NCBI GenBank assembly: GCA_030054135.1
Contig: JASGCN010000003.1
Coordinates: forward strand, 27,758 to 85,777
DNA: 58,020 nucleotides
DNA from: Alphaproteobacteria bacterium
GTDB taxonomy: Bacteria > Patescibacteriota > Minisyncoccia > Phycocordibacterales > JABAAK01
Reading direction: 5' to 3'
How positions within the stretch are numbered: position 1 is the stretch's first letter; each line of letters opens with the position of its first letter. Shown piece after piece: positions 10,032-20,501 of the stretch. A program made the position numbers and the translations under genes. Under the pieces are notes generated by a model. It saw only the letters and a list, made by a program, of their open reading frames with translations. It made no database searches and was not told the origin of the DNA.

Positions 10032-10418
10032 CTAAACCGTCGGTACAGTTTCTTCTGTGGTCGCTGTTGTTTTTTGGATTGTGTCTTGAGTGATGGTTGT
10101 TTCAGTGGAATTGGTGGTTGCTGATTCCGGAACTTCTTTTTTTGGGATAGTTTTTTTTGGCAACACATTTATTTTTTTTGCTTGTATTATTTTTTCTTGA
10201 ACAAGCATATTGTGTATTCTATCGCTCAATTGCGCTCCTTCATCAATACGTTTTAGTATAGATTCTTTATTAATAGAAAAAGTATGTTTGATAGGATCTA
10301 TAGACCCAAGATTTTCTATTACTTTTCCAGTGACAGTACTTCGAGTTTTGAGCACTAAAACAACACGAAACATTGATCTATTGTTTTTTCCAAAACGCTG
10401 TAATCTTATCATTAGCAT
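10032..10418 (-). CDS. rpsP: 30S ribosomal protein S16 with Thr/Glu-rich C-terminal tail
   Basis: MLMIRLQRFGK, IENLGSIDP, GAQLSD. Confidence 0.95.
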   Translation of the reverse strand: MLMIRLQRFGKNNRSMFRVVLVLKTRSTVTGKVIENLGSIDPIKHTFSINKESILKRIDEGAQLSDRIHNMLVQEKIIQAKKINVLPKKTIPKKEVPESATTNSTETTITQDTIQKTTATTEETVPTV

Positions 10419-10448
10419 AATACAATATACCTTGTGGTTATTTTTTCG

Positions 10449-11765
10449 TCAATCTGCTGTAGAGCGCAGCGTCTCTACTGATTCATGAGTTCTTAATTTT
10501 TCCAATGCTTTTGACTCTATTTGACGAACTCGTTCTCTTGTTACCCCAAGTTTCGCTCCTATTTGTTCGAGTGTGTATTGTATCTTATCTGGCCCCATAC
10601 CATGTCGTAATTCAATAATTTGTCTTTCTTTTGCATTTAAAACATCCATAACAAATTTAATTTTTTCTGACAAAAGAACGCTCCCAGCTTCTTCATCTGG
10701 AGATTCTTGAGAATTGTCTTCAATGATATCTTGCAACAAGCTTTCATCTTGATCGTTAGATCGAGGAGAAATCTTTTTTTCTAATTGCACTACTTCTTGT
10801 CTCACTCTTTGAATAGTGTGTATTTTTTGCATATCTACTCCCATTTCGTCAGCTATTTCACCAAGAGTTGGCTTTCGACTAAGATCTTGTTCTAGTTGTA
10901 CAGATATTTTTTCAAAGCGAGCGATTGTTTCAGACATATGCACTGGGATACGAATAGTACGAGATTTATCTGCCAATGCACGTGTGATTGCCTGTTTTAT
11001 CCACCACGTTGCATATGTTGAAAATTTAAATCCACGATTATGTTCAAACCCGTCCACTGCTTTATACAGCCCATTTGTTCCCTCTTGAACCAAATCAAGA
11101 AGACCGAGATCTCTACTTCGTGAAGAATAATTTTTTGCAATCGAAACCACTAATCGCAAGTTTGCAGTTGCTAATTCATCTCGTGCGAGCAATCCTTCTG
11201 TAATAATTTTTTTCTTTTTAACAGAGTTTTTTATAGATATTTTATTTTGAAGCACTTTGTTATATATACTTATTTTTTCTCCAAGCTCTTTTTCCTCTTT
11301 TGAGTTCAATAGTTTGTATTTTCCTATGTCTCGTAAATACATTTGTACTGAATCGTAATCATTTCCACTAGATTCTCGTGTTGCGTGTTCTTTAGGGACA
11401 TTGATATGTTCAAATACATTGTCGAGATTAAGAATATCCACTCCATCAAGTTTTAACACACGAACAATAAGTTTATTATATTTTTCATACTCCGCAGGAA
11501 TGAACGCAGAAATTTCTTTTTCAGACAAATACTTTTTTTCTTTGCCCAATACCAATAAACGTTCAACTGTTTTCAAAAGCTGTTTGGGAAATTTTTGAAA
11601 AATGGTGCTTCTTTCTTCCTCTTTTTTTTGAAGAGCGAGTATTTTAGCACTACTTTTTTTTACTGTTTCTTTTTTTTTCTTATGTGGAATTTTTTTTTGT
11701 TTTTTTGGCGTGAATAATGATCCCCACTTGTCAAGGTTTAGCTTTTTTCTTTTGGAAGAAAGCAT
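10449..11765 (-). CDS. rpoD: Primary sigma factor sigma-70
   Basis: [44 protein letters not shown]. Confidence 0.97.
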   Translation of the reverse strand: MLSSKRKKLNLDKWGSLFTPKKQKKIPHKKKKETVKKSSAKILALQKKEEERSTIFQKFPKQLLKTVERLLVLGKEKKYLSEKEISAFIPAEYEKYNKLIVRVLKLDGVDILNLDNVFEHINVPKEHATRESSGNDYDSVQMYLRDIGKYKLLNSKEEKELGEKISIYNKVLQNKISIKNSVKKKKIITEGLLARDELATANLRLVVSIAKNYSSRSRDLGLLDLVQEGTNGLYKAVDGFEHNRGFKFSTYATWWIKQAITRALADKSRTIRIPVHMSETIARFEKISVQLEQDLSRKPTLGEIADEMGVDMQKIHTIQRVRQEVVQLEKKISPRSNDQDESLLQDIIEDNSQESPDEEAGSVLLSEKIKFVMDVLNAKERQIIELRHGMGPDKIQYTLEQIGAKLGVTRERVRQIESKALEKLRTHESVETLRSTAD

Positions 11766-11793
11766 ATCTTCTTAGTATGCCAAATTATTTTTT

Positions 11794-13455
11794 TTAAGGC
11801 AATAAACGTAGTTTATTTTGAGCATGTGTTAAAAGCTCTTTTATCACTGTATACTCTTTCTTTACCTCTTCAGAATGCAAAGTGGCCTCAGAAGTAGTGT
11901 TTAAGAGTATTTGCAATTGTTCTCTATATAACATAATTGCTAACTGCAATAAAATATATCTAAAATCTTTATGTGGGTCCCCCTCTTCAGTTGAGTATCG
12001 CAAACTCGCAGATTCCGTCGCCATAGGAAGTGTGATAATTTTTTGTACTGAGAGAAGGTGTTTTTGTAAATCTTCCGGAACTGTATCCTCAATATACAAG
12101 AGCATGTCACTCAATGCTTGAGCATATTTTTCTTTCATAGGAGGAGTGTATGTTGCTATATTACTCGCGATGGTTGGCATTGTGGAAAAATTTTTGAAAT
12201 GTATATTAAATGATTCTTGTATGTCCTTCACTGGTATTTCTAAAAATTTTGCCATATCACTTAAATATCCAGCTCTCGTGAGAGGATCCTTAACAGATGT
12301 GCATATTGGAAAAAAAACTTTTTGGACAACATTCATTTGTTCATTTTTTGTTTTTAACTTTGAAAGAAATACAGAGCCAAACCAATCGACAATTTCTTTT
12401 TTTTCTTTTAATGCATTGGAAAAAATATTTTCATCGGCCAAAAGAATATCCGCTGGGTCTTTTCCCTCCGGGAGAGTAATAATTTTTATTGTGCATTGCT
12501 CTTCCAGTGCAATTGAAATTCCTCTCACCACTGCGCGTAATCCAGCATTGTCACCATCAAAACAAAAAACGATTCTGTTTGTCATTTTTTTTAATTCTTT
12601 GATGTGTTCTTTTGTAAGTGCCGTTCCTGAAGTACACACTGTCATTGCATATCCACTTTGGTGTGCCATAAGAACATCAAACTGCCCTTCCATAAGAATA
12701 ACATAATCACTTTTTCGAATTGCCTGTTGGGCGAGATGAATGCCGTATAATAAATTTGATTTTTTAAAAAGCATTGTTTCTGGAGAATTAAGATATTTTG
12801 GCTCTTGTCCCGCTCGAATTGCTCTTCCAGTAAACCCAACAATTGAACCGTCTACTTGTATAAAGGGAAACATAACCCTATCCCTAAACCGTGAATACAT
12901 ACCCATAGTATCATCCCGCATTACAAGCATTCCTGTTTCTATTAATATTTTTTTATTTTTTGTAACTTTTTGTTCTAAAAATTCTTTCGTATTGGGCGCA
13001 TACCCTATACAAAAATTATCTATGATTTCTTTTTTAAGACCACGTCTAGAAAGATATTCGAGTATTTCTGGATCTAAAAACTTGTGATACGCCTGCGCAC
13101 AATCAGTAAGGATCTTAATGTGCTCCAACTTTTTTTGGTTATACAATTTATCTTTTTCAGTTGGTTCGGTAATTGCAATGCCATATTTATCCGCTAACTT
13201 AACAAGAGCATCTCGGAATGTGATTCCCTCTATTGTTTGTAAAAATCTAAAAACATCTCCACCGTTTTGAGAAGAAAAACAATAATACACTTGTTTCACT
13301 GGGTCAACAAAAAAAGATGCTGTTTTTTCATTGGTAAACGGAGATTTCCCCTTATAATGTTTACCAGCTCGTATAAGAGAAGTATATTGAGAAATAATCT
13401 CCACAATATCTGCTCGTTCCTTAATTTGTGAAACTACAGATATTTTTTCCATCAT
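11794..13455 (-). CDS. dnaG: DNA primase
   Basis: RFRDRVMFP, PKYLNSPET, EGQFD, FDGDNAG, KDPAD; start reset to ATG 13455. Confidence 0.97.
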   Translation of the reverse strand: MMEKISVVSQIKERADIVEIISQYTSLIRAGKHYKGKSPFTNEKTASFFVDPVKQVYYCFSSQNGGDVFRFLQTIEGITFRDALVKLADKYGIAITEPTEKDKLYNQKKLEHIKILTDCAQAYHKFLDPEILEYLSRRGLKKEIIDNFCIGYAPNTKEFLEQKVTKNKKILIETGMLVMRDDTMGMYSRFRDRVMFPFIQVDGSIVGFTGRAIRAGQEPKYLNSPETMLFKKSNLLYGIHLAQQAIRKSDYVILMEGQFDVLMAHQSGYAMTVCTSGTALTKEHIKELKKMTNRIVFCFDGDNAGLRAVVRGISIALEEQCTIKIITLPEGKDPADILLADENIFSNALKEKKEIVDWFGSVFLSKLKTKNEQMNVVQKVFFPICTSVKDPLTRAGYLSDMAKFLEIPVKDIQESFNIHFKNFSTMPTIASNIATYTPPMKEKYAQALSDMLLYIEDTVPEDLQKHLLSVQKIITLPMATESASLRYSTEEGDPHKDFRYILLQLAIMLYREQLQILLNTTSEATLHSEEVKKEYTVIKELLTHAQNKLRLLP

Positions 13456-13472
13456 ACTGGTAGCATAACACA

Positions 13473-16400
13473 CTACTGTTCAATTTCCTTTTTTTTGCCT
13501 TCTAAAAATATTCTTTCTTTGTTTAATTCTATTACTTTTTGTATTGTGTCATATTTTTTACTTCCAACAAAACCACTTCCCACAGGAGGTAGTCTCCCAA
13601 TAATAACATTTTCTTTTACGCCATCCAATACACTCACCCGTCCTTCAAGTGAAGTTCTAATTAATACATTAACTGTTGTTTGGAAAGATGCAGCAACAAG
13701 AAAGTTAGATCTATTAGTAGAGACATTGATGATACCTGTAACGATAGATTCAGCTTGGATTATTTTTTTATTTTTCTTTTCTAATTCTTCATTAATATGA
13801 GTAAGCGTGCGTAAATCTAAAACATCCCCCTCTAAGAATGTACTATCTCCAATATCTTTTATCACATATCTACTAAACATTTGGCGTATCATTATTTCAA
13901 AGTGAACTGGTAAAATTTCTTGACCTTGTATTTCGTATACCTTTCTTGATTCAGCAAATATATATTCTTGCACCACTTCTTTTTTCACATATTTGCTATA
14001 TTCATTTAATTCAAATGATCCATCAGTGAGAGCCATCCCCTTTTGAACTTCTTGTCCTTCTTTCACAAGAATGTATCTATTTTTATGAATTTCATATTCA
14101 CACATATCTTTAGTTGGCTTTCCTTCTGTTGGAGTGATTTCTAATTTTGCAAAACCATTAGACAGTGTTTCAATTTTTTTAATTATTCCATCACATCGAG
14201 CAATGACAGTTTGATTTTTTGGTGTGCGAGCTTCTAGTAATTCCTCAAGGCGTGGAAGCCCACCAGCATTAATATCTTGTGAAATAGTACCACTTGTTTT
14301 TGTAGTTCCCTTTACACTGGAAACCGTAAGCTGTGTACCTGGTTCACCGATTGCTTGAGCAGCTATAGTACCCACAGGCTCTCCGAGCCCGATAAGTTCG
14401 CCAGTTGAACTATCAACCCCGTAACATTTTATACAAACACCATGCGCATTTCTACAGGTAATTGGAGAGCGTACTCGCACAGAATCAACAGATTCATTTT
14501 TTTCTATAAGTTCTGCAAATTCTTTTGTAATTAAAGTGTTCTTTTTAAGAATAACACCATTTTTACCTTCTACATCTTCTGCAGTAAATCTACCATAGAT
14601 TCTTTTCGAAAAAGCAGCCCCCACACCGCTGAGTGTTTTTCTATACAATACAAATCCTCTTGTAGTTCCACAATCTTCTTCAACAACATTAATTTCTTGA
14701 GCAACATCAAAAAGTCTTCTCGTGAGGTATCCTGCATTCGCAGTTTTAATAGCAGTTCCCACCCCTCCCTTTCTGTTTTCATATGAAATAAGGAAATACT
14801 CAAGTGGAGTAAGCCCCTTAAGGAAAGAAGCGGCTATTGGATATTCATTTGCGCTGTTATTTGTATTTACTGCTCCATACATTCCAGTCATTTTTGCATA
14901 TCCTCCCATATCGCCTCTCGCTCCTGAAGTAATCAACAATGACACACTTGAATGTAAATCCATTGTTTCTTGAATTTTTTTAACTAAATTTTCTTTTGCT
15001 TTTTTCCATGTATCAAGCACTTTACGAGTTCGCTCATCCTCTGAAATATATCCCTGTTCATACTCATCGTAAATTACTTCTGCAGTTTGAGTTGCTTGTT
15101 GAATTTCAATTTTTTTATCTGCAGGTTCTTTTAGTTCAAAAATACTAAATGTTGTCGCACTTATAGTCGCCATATTAAATCCAAAAGATTTCATTGCATC
15201 AAAATATTTCACTGAATTTTCCATGCCGTACGTATCCAAAATTTTTGTACTCAAATCGGTAAGTTGAGATTTTGTAAGAGTTTCGTTAACAAACAGAAAA
15301 TCATCTGGTAGAGTTTGATTGAAAAGTATTCGCCCAACAGATGTAACAAAATATGGTGTGGTAATTCCAACAAACCTTTTCTCTTTTGCATCTACTAGAA
15401 TTGCGATAGGACTGTGTAGCGAGATCACCTTATCCCCGTATGCGCGTATTGCTTCTCGCATTGATGAGTAATAACCAACAATTGTTTTTGATTGAATTGC
15501 TTTTGGATTAATAGCATTATTAAAATCAATGGTTGCATAATAACACCCAAGAACGATATCCATTTTTGCTGGCCCCATGTTCATTTTTCCAGATCCTGCA
15601 TTTACCAAGTTTTTTGTAGAAACCAAATATAATCTTGCTTCAGTTTGAGCTTCGTCAGAAAGTGGTAAGTGCACTGCCATTTGGTCTCCATCAAAGTCGG
15701 CATTGTATGCTTCACACACTAAAGGATGCAATTCAATTGCCTTTCCTTCGATCAACACAGGACGGAATGCTTGTATTCCTTGTCTGTGTAAGGTGGGCTG
15801 TCTATTAAGTAACACGTATTTATCTTTAACAATTCTATCCAAAATATCATACACCACAGGATACCGATCATCAATAATTCTTGAAGCTGAACGTATATTA
15901 TGTGCAAGCCCAGATTCTATAATATCCGCTATCAAAAATGGTCTGAAAAGCTCAAGTGCGATATCTTTTGGCAACCCACATTCATCATACATAAGATGAG
16001 GGCCAACAACAATTACAGACCGAGCAGAATAATCTACTCTTTTTCCAAGAAGATTTTGTCTGAAGAAACCTTTTTTACCTATCAATGAATCAGCAAGAGA
16101 TTTTAGTTTTCTGTTCTGGCTCTTACTTGAAGTATTGGTACTGTTATATTCAATAGAGCTGTCAAAAAGCGCATCTACAGCTTCTTGCAGTAATCTTTTT
16201 TGTGTATCAATAAAAATTTTTGGAGCCTTATTCTCTATAAAGTTTTTCAATCGATTATTTCTAATGATAATCATGCGATACAAATCATTTAAATCTGAAG
16301 ATGCATATCTTCCTCCATCTAATGGCACCAAAGGACGCACCCCCACTGGTATCACAGGCAAGTGAGTAAGGAACATGTGCTCTGGTCTTGATTTTGATTC

Positions 16401-17186
16401 GATAAAACTTTTTACCAAGTTTAATTGTTTGCGCAATTTTTCATTATTAGTTTTATTTGCCTTCAATAATTTTTTTCGAATTTCTTCTTCTTTCTTTTTG
16501 AGATCAACTTTTTTTAAAATATTGTAAATAGCTTCTGCTCCTTTTTCTGCTTCAAAAGCATCCGCATATTTTTTACTGATAATGTAATATGTTGTTTCAT
16601 CAATGATATTGTCCAACACAATGCTATCGAGTTCATTAATACGATCTTGATATAGTGTTTCAATTTTCTTTTTTGATTCAGTATTTTGTACAGTTGCGAG
16701 CCCCTGTTCGAGAGATTTTTTCAACTCTTGTTTGTATTTTTGGATTCTCTGTTCATCAATTGAAGTAATAATATACGCCGAATAGTAAATAACTTTTTGC
16801 AATTCAGTCGCAGTTTTCCCTAAGAATTGTGACAATCGTGAAGGAGATTTTCTTAAAAACCAAATATGACAAATTGGAGAAGCCAGTACGATGTGCCCCA
16901 TTCGTTCTCTACGAACAGAAGATTTTGTTATTTCAACTCCACATTTATCACAAATAATACCATGATATTGAGATCCTTTATACTTTCCACAACTACAAGA
17001 GAAATCAACTTCTGGTCCAAAAATTCGTTCACAGAACAACCCTCCAACCTCTGATCGTTGTGTGCGATAGTTAATTGTTTCGGCTTTTTGTATTTCACCA
17101 TGAGACCATGACAATATATCACTCGGAGTAGCAAGGTGAATTGAAATTGAATCAAAACTGCTATTTGTTTTTATATTTTGCTTCAT
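13473..17186 (-). CDS. rpoC: RNA polymerase beta' subunit
   Basis: RRERMGHI, NLLGKRVDYS, NADFDGD, GYLTRRL, KENVIIG. Confidence 0.99.
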   Translation of the reverse strand: MKQNIKTNSSFDSISIHLATPSDILSWSHGEIQKAETINYRTQRSEVGGLFCERIFGPEVDFSCSCGKYKGSQYHGIICDKCGVEITKSSVRRERMGHIVLASPICHIWFLRKSPSRLSQFLGKTATELQKVIYYSAYIITSIDEQRIQKYKQELKKSLEQGLATVQNTESKKKIETLYQDRINELDSIVLDNIIDETTYYIISKKYADAFEAEKGAEAIYNILKKVDLKKKEEEIRKKLLKANKTNNEKLRKQLNLVKSFIESKSRPEHMFLTHLPVIPVGVRPLVPLDGGRYASSDLNDLYRMIIIRNNRLKNFIENKAPKIFIDTQKRLLQEAVDALFDSSIEYNSTNTSSKSQNRKLKSLADSLIGKKGFFRQNLLGKRVDYSARSVIVVGPHLMYDECGLPKDIALELFRPFLIADIIESGLAHNIRSASRIIDDRYPVVYDILDRIVKDKYVLLNRQPTLHRQGIQAFRPVLIEGKAIELHPLVCEAYNADFDGDQMAVHLPLSDEAQTEARLYLVSTKNLVNAGSGKMNMGPAKMDIVLGCYYATIDFNNAINPKAIQSKTIVGYYSSMREAIRAYGDKVISLHSPIAILVDAKEKRFVGITTPYFVTSVGRILFNQTLPDDFLFVNETLTKSQLTDLSTKILDTYGMENSVKYFDAMKSFGFNMATISATTFSIFELKEPADKKIEIQQATQTAEVIYDEYEQGYISEDERTRKVLDTWKKAKENLVKKIQETMDLHSSVSLLITSGARGDMGGYAKMTGMYGAVNTNNSANEYPIAASFLKGLTPLEYFLISYENRKGGVGTAIKTANAGYLTRRLFDVAQEINVVEEDCGTTRGFVLYRKTLSGVGAAFSKRIYGRFTAEDVEGKNGVILKKNTLITKEFAELIEKNESVDSVRVRSPITCRNAHGVCIKCYGVDSSTGELIGLGEPVGTIAAQAIGEPGTQLTVSSVKGTTKTSGTISQDINAGGLPRLEELLEARTPKNQTVIARCDGIIKKIETLSNGFAKLEITPTEGKPTKDMCEYEIHKNRYILVKEGQEVQKGMALTDGSFELNEYSKYVKKEVVQEYIFAESRKVYEIQGQEILPVHFEIMIRQMFSRYVIKDIGDSTFLEGDVLDLRTLTHINEELEKKNKKIIQAESIVTGIINVSTNRSNFLVAASFQTTVNVLIRTSLEGRVSVLDGVKENVIIGRLPPVGSGFVGSKKYDTIQKVIELNKERIFLEGKKKEIEQ

Positions 17187-20100
17187 ATTTTTTTTGTTTC
17201 AAATATTTGTTCTCTATTTTCTATCAACCCAACATTAAGCCCCAACCCTCGTAAATAATATAGTAAAACATTAAAGGCGGCTGGTGTGTGCACTTGGGTA
17301 ATTGGCATTTTTTTTATAATAGCACTGTATGCTTTTGATCTACCTAATACATCATCTGATTTGTACGTGAGCATTTCTCGAAGAGTATATGCTGCTCCAT
17401 GTCCCAACAAAGCCCATACTTCCATTTCTCCCATACGTTGCCCTCCTCGTCTTGAACGGCCTCCTAATGGCTGTTGAGAAACAAGAGAGTAAGGCCCAGT
17501 TGAACGTGCTTGGAATTTATCTTCAACCATGTGATGCAGTTTCATAATATACATGTACCCCATGGCGATAGGACGATCATACTTTTCTCCTGTTTGTCCA
17601 TCATAAATATCTACACATCCTGTTTCTGAAAAACCAGCTTTTTTTAGTTCTTGAGCAATATCTTTTGTGTCAAGATTTGAAAAAGGTGGCACTACCGCTT
17701 GGTATCCTAATGTATGCGCAGCAAGACCTAAATGTAATTCAAAAATTTGTCCCAAGTTAAGACGACCTGCAACAGAAAGAGGTGAGAGCACCATATCAAG
17801 TGGAACTCCATCTGCAGTGTGTGGCATATCTTCAGCTGGAAGAATTTTTGACACAATTCCTTTATTTCCATACCTATTGGCAAGTTTATCCCCTGTTTGG
17901 ATATGACGAATCTCTGCTATAAGAATTCTTACTTGTTTAATTACTCCAGTGTCTAGTACGTATCCATCTTCTCTAGTTCGTACTTCAACAGACATAACAC
18001 GACCACGTCTTCCCGCTGGCAATGTGAGTGAAGAATCCTTAACATCTTTTGCTTTTTCTCCAAAAATAGACTGTAACAACCTTTCTTCAGGAGTTAAAAT
18101 TGTTTCTCCTCTTGGAGATATTTTTCCACAAAGTACATCCCCCGCGTGAACCTGCGAACCGAGAAGCACGATTCCTTCTGAATCCAAGTTTCTTAATCTG
18201 TACTCACTTACATTTGGGATGTCTGAAGTAATCATTTCTGGCCCGAGTTTAGTATCTCGTACATCACATATTTCTTCTGTCACTTCTAGTGAGGTGAATA
18301 TGTCTTGATCAATAAGTTTTTGCGATATAAGAATTGAGTCTTCAAAATTGTATCCTTTAAATGACATAAACCCAACACGAATATTATTTCCAAGAGATAA
18401 TTGTCCGTCTACAGTAGATGCAATGTCAGCGAGTAGTGTTCCTTTTTGAACCTTGTCTCCAATAGAAACTACAGGTCTTTGATGTAGAGAAAATGTTGAA
18501 CTGTTGTTAGTAGAAAAAACATTTAACGTATATTCTTTTGTTTCTTTGCCTTTTATTTTTATTTTTTTTGCATCCACATATTCAACTATTCCCTCTTCCT
18601 CAGCATATAATAATCTTTTAGAAATATTTCCTGCCAATCCTTCAAATCCAGTCGCCACAAGTGGTGGTTCAGTGACTAAACATGTGGTAGCCTGTCTTTG
18701 CATGTTTGTACCATATTGTACTCGAACGGGAACATTATGTGAAGAAAAAGGAATAAGAGAAGTCGCTATTGAAAAAAGTTGTGAAGCTGACACATCAACG
18801 TAATCTATTTTTTGAGCTGAAACTCTTTCGTAGTCAGGCCCCTTTCGTGCAAAAACTCTTTTTTCTATAAATGTTCCATCGCTGTTTATTTCCGCAGTTG
18901 CGGGAGCGATATAACACTCTTCTTCTTGATCGGCAGTCAGATATTCAATTGAGTTTGTTATTTTCCCGTCCAAAACCTTTTTATATGGTGCTTCTATAAT
19001 TCCATACTGATTAAGTCTTGCGGTAAGAGCAAAGTGCACTACTAATCCAGTGCTCGCTCCTTCTGGGGTATTAAGTGGACATATTTTTCCATAATGAGTG
19101 TAATGCAAATCTCTAACTTCAGAGCTTGCGTGGTCTCTCATAACTCCTCCTACACCAAGAGTGGTCACAGTTCTATGGTGCTCTATTTCATCTAATATGT
19201 TTTGTTGACGAAGTTGTTGTACCAATTGGTTGGTATTAAAGAAACTTTGTATTGTAGTTTTTAAAATTCTAAGATTTATTACTGACGTGGGCGCCTTTAG
19301 TAGCATTGGATCCACAGTAATCATTCTATCTTGAGTTGTTTTTCTCATGCGTAAAAATCCAATACGTATATGCTCATGGAATAGCTCTCCGACAGTGCGC
19401 ACCCTTTTTAATGCAAGTGAATCTGTATTATCTGGCTCTGCATTTGGTGTTTTTGAAAGTCTAACTATCTCTTTAATAATTAAAACAAGATCATCTGGGG
19501 TTAGGTGTCTTTCTGTTCTTTTTTTGTCTGTGATACCAATTCTTTTATTAAAATTAATTCTTCCTACTTCAGAAATATCATAATATGAAGGAGAAAACTT
19601 TGCTTCAATAAATTCTTTTGCTCGTTGTGGTAAAATTGACTCCCCCGATCGAAGTGTTTTGTATAAAGAAACAAACACTTCTTCTAATGTGTCCGAAGGA
19701 TCCGCCGCCAATGTTTTTTGAATGTACAGAAGTGCATCTTTATCGTGATCAAACAACGCGAGAACTTGTTCTTTTGAATATTTTCCCAATCCTCTCAATA
19801 AAGAAGTAATCGGAATTTTTTTTGCACCTTGATTGAAACGAATAAATATTCTCCCCTGTGCATCGCCTTCAGAATTAACCCATGTTCCTCTTCCTTTTAC
19901 AGTTCTTATTTCAAATCCAAAATTGATTGGGCCTTTTGTTTTTTGATCTTGCACAAAACGAATACCTGTTGCTTTTACCAATTGAGCAACAACAACTTTT
20001 TCAACCCCATTAATAATAAAAGTAGATTGATCGGTAATTGCAGGGAGCTCAGCAAAAATAATTTCTTCACTTTGTTTTGTCCCTAATATATTATTTACCA

Positions 20101-20392
20101 AACGAAGTTGTGTTTTAAGTAAACGAGTATAATCAATTCCCTTGTGGCGTGCTACATCTGGGCTTACACGAGGCTCTTCAATAGTATGTGAAATATATTC
20201 AATGCTAAATCTATCATTAGTATCTTTAATTGGAAAAAATTCTTTAAAAAGTTCTCCCACATATGTATCCAAAAACAACGCGTACGATTTTTTTTGTATA
20301 TCTACAGCAATGTCAAATTTAGAAATTGCATCAGGGTTAATATGCCCAAATATTTTTTGATTTTTTATGGAAGGAGATTTGTTTTTTTGCAT
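17183..20392 (-). CDS. rpoB: RNA polymerase beta subunit
   Basis: FIINGVE, GYNFEDS, GDKLANRYGNKG, GGQRMGEMEVWAL; start likely ATG 20392 (ORF track 20410). Confidence 0.99.
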   Translation of the reverse strand: MQKNKSPSIKNQKIFGHINPDAISKFDIAVDIQKKSYALFLDTYVGELFKEFFPIKDTNDRFSIEYISHTIEEPRVSPDVARHKGIDYTRLLKTQLRLVNNILGTKQSEEIIFAELPAITDQSTFIINGVEKVVVAQLVKATGIRFVQDQKTKGPINFGFEIRTVKGRGTWVNSEGDAQGRIFIRFNQGAKKIPITSLLRGLGKYSKEQVLALFDHDKDALLYIQKTLAADPSDTLEEVFVSLYKTLRSGESILPQRAKEFIEAKFSPSYYDISEVGRINFNKRIGITDKKRTERHLTPDDLVLIIKEIVRLSKTPNAEPDNTDSLALKRVRTVGELFHEHIRIGFLRMRKTTQDRMITVDPMLLKAPTSVINLRILKTTIQSFFNTNQLVQQLRQQNILDEIEHHRTVTTLGVGGVMRDHASSEVRDLHYTHYGKICPLNTPEGASTGLVVHFALTARLNQYGIIEAPYKKVLDGKITNSIEYLTADQEEECYIAPATAEINSDGTFIEKRVFARKGPDYERVSAQKIDYVDVSASQLFSIATSLIPFSSHNVPVRVQYGTNMQRQATTCLVTEPPLVATGFEGLAGNISKRLLYAEEEGIVEYVDAKKIKIKGKETKEYTLNVFSTNNSSTFSLHQRPVVSIGDKVQKGTLLADIASTVDGQLSLGNNIRVGFMSFKGYNFEDSILISQKLIDQDIFTSLEVTEEICDVRDTKLGPEMITSDIPNVSEYRLRNLDSEGIVLLGSQVHAGDVLCGKISPRGETILTPEERLLQSIFGEKAKDVKDSSLTLPAGRRGRVMSVEVRTREDGYVLDTGVIKQVRILIAEIRHIQTGDKLANRYGNKGIVSKILPAEDMPHTADGVPLDMVLSPLSVAGRLNLGQIFELHLGLAAHTLGYQAVVPPFSNLDTKDIAQELKKAGFSETGCVDIYDGQTGEKYDRPIAMGYMYIMKLHHMVEDKFQARSTGPYSLVSQQPLGGRSRRGGQRMGEMEVWALLGHGAAYTLREMLTYKSDDVLGRSKAYSAIIKKMPITQVHTPAAFNVLLYYLRGLGLNVGLIENREQIFETKKI

Positions 20393-20501
20393 AGTAAATC
20401 TGTATACCATGCGACAACAAGAGACAGATGGAACGCTGCCCGCATATCACCTACCATATCAAAAATTATACCTCTACGCAAGCCCCATATCATTAAAGAC
20501 C

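Noticed and set aside
12146..12706. 186-aa plus-strand ORF, and the many other short antisense ORFs in the track
   Set aside because: They lie opposite recognisable core genes such as dnaG, rpoBC, mltG and ychF and have no protein-like motifs.
14307..14333. Compensated frameshift as the cause of the odd trigger loop
   Set aside because: Neither alternative frame restores MRTFH (LRFPV* and YGFQCK).
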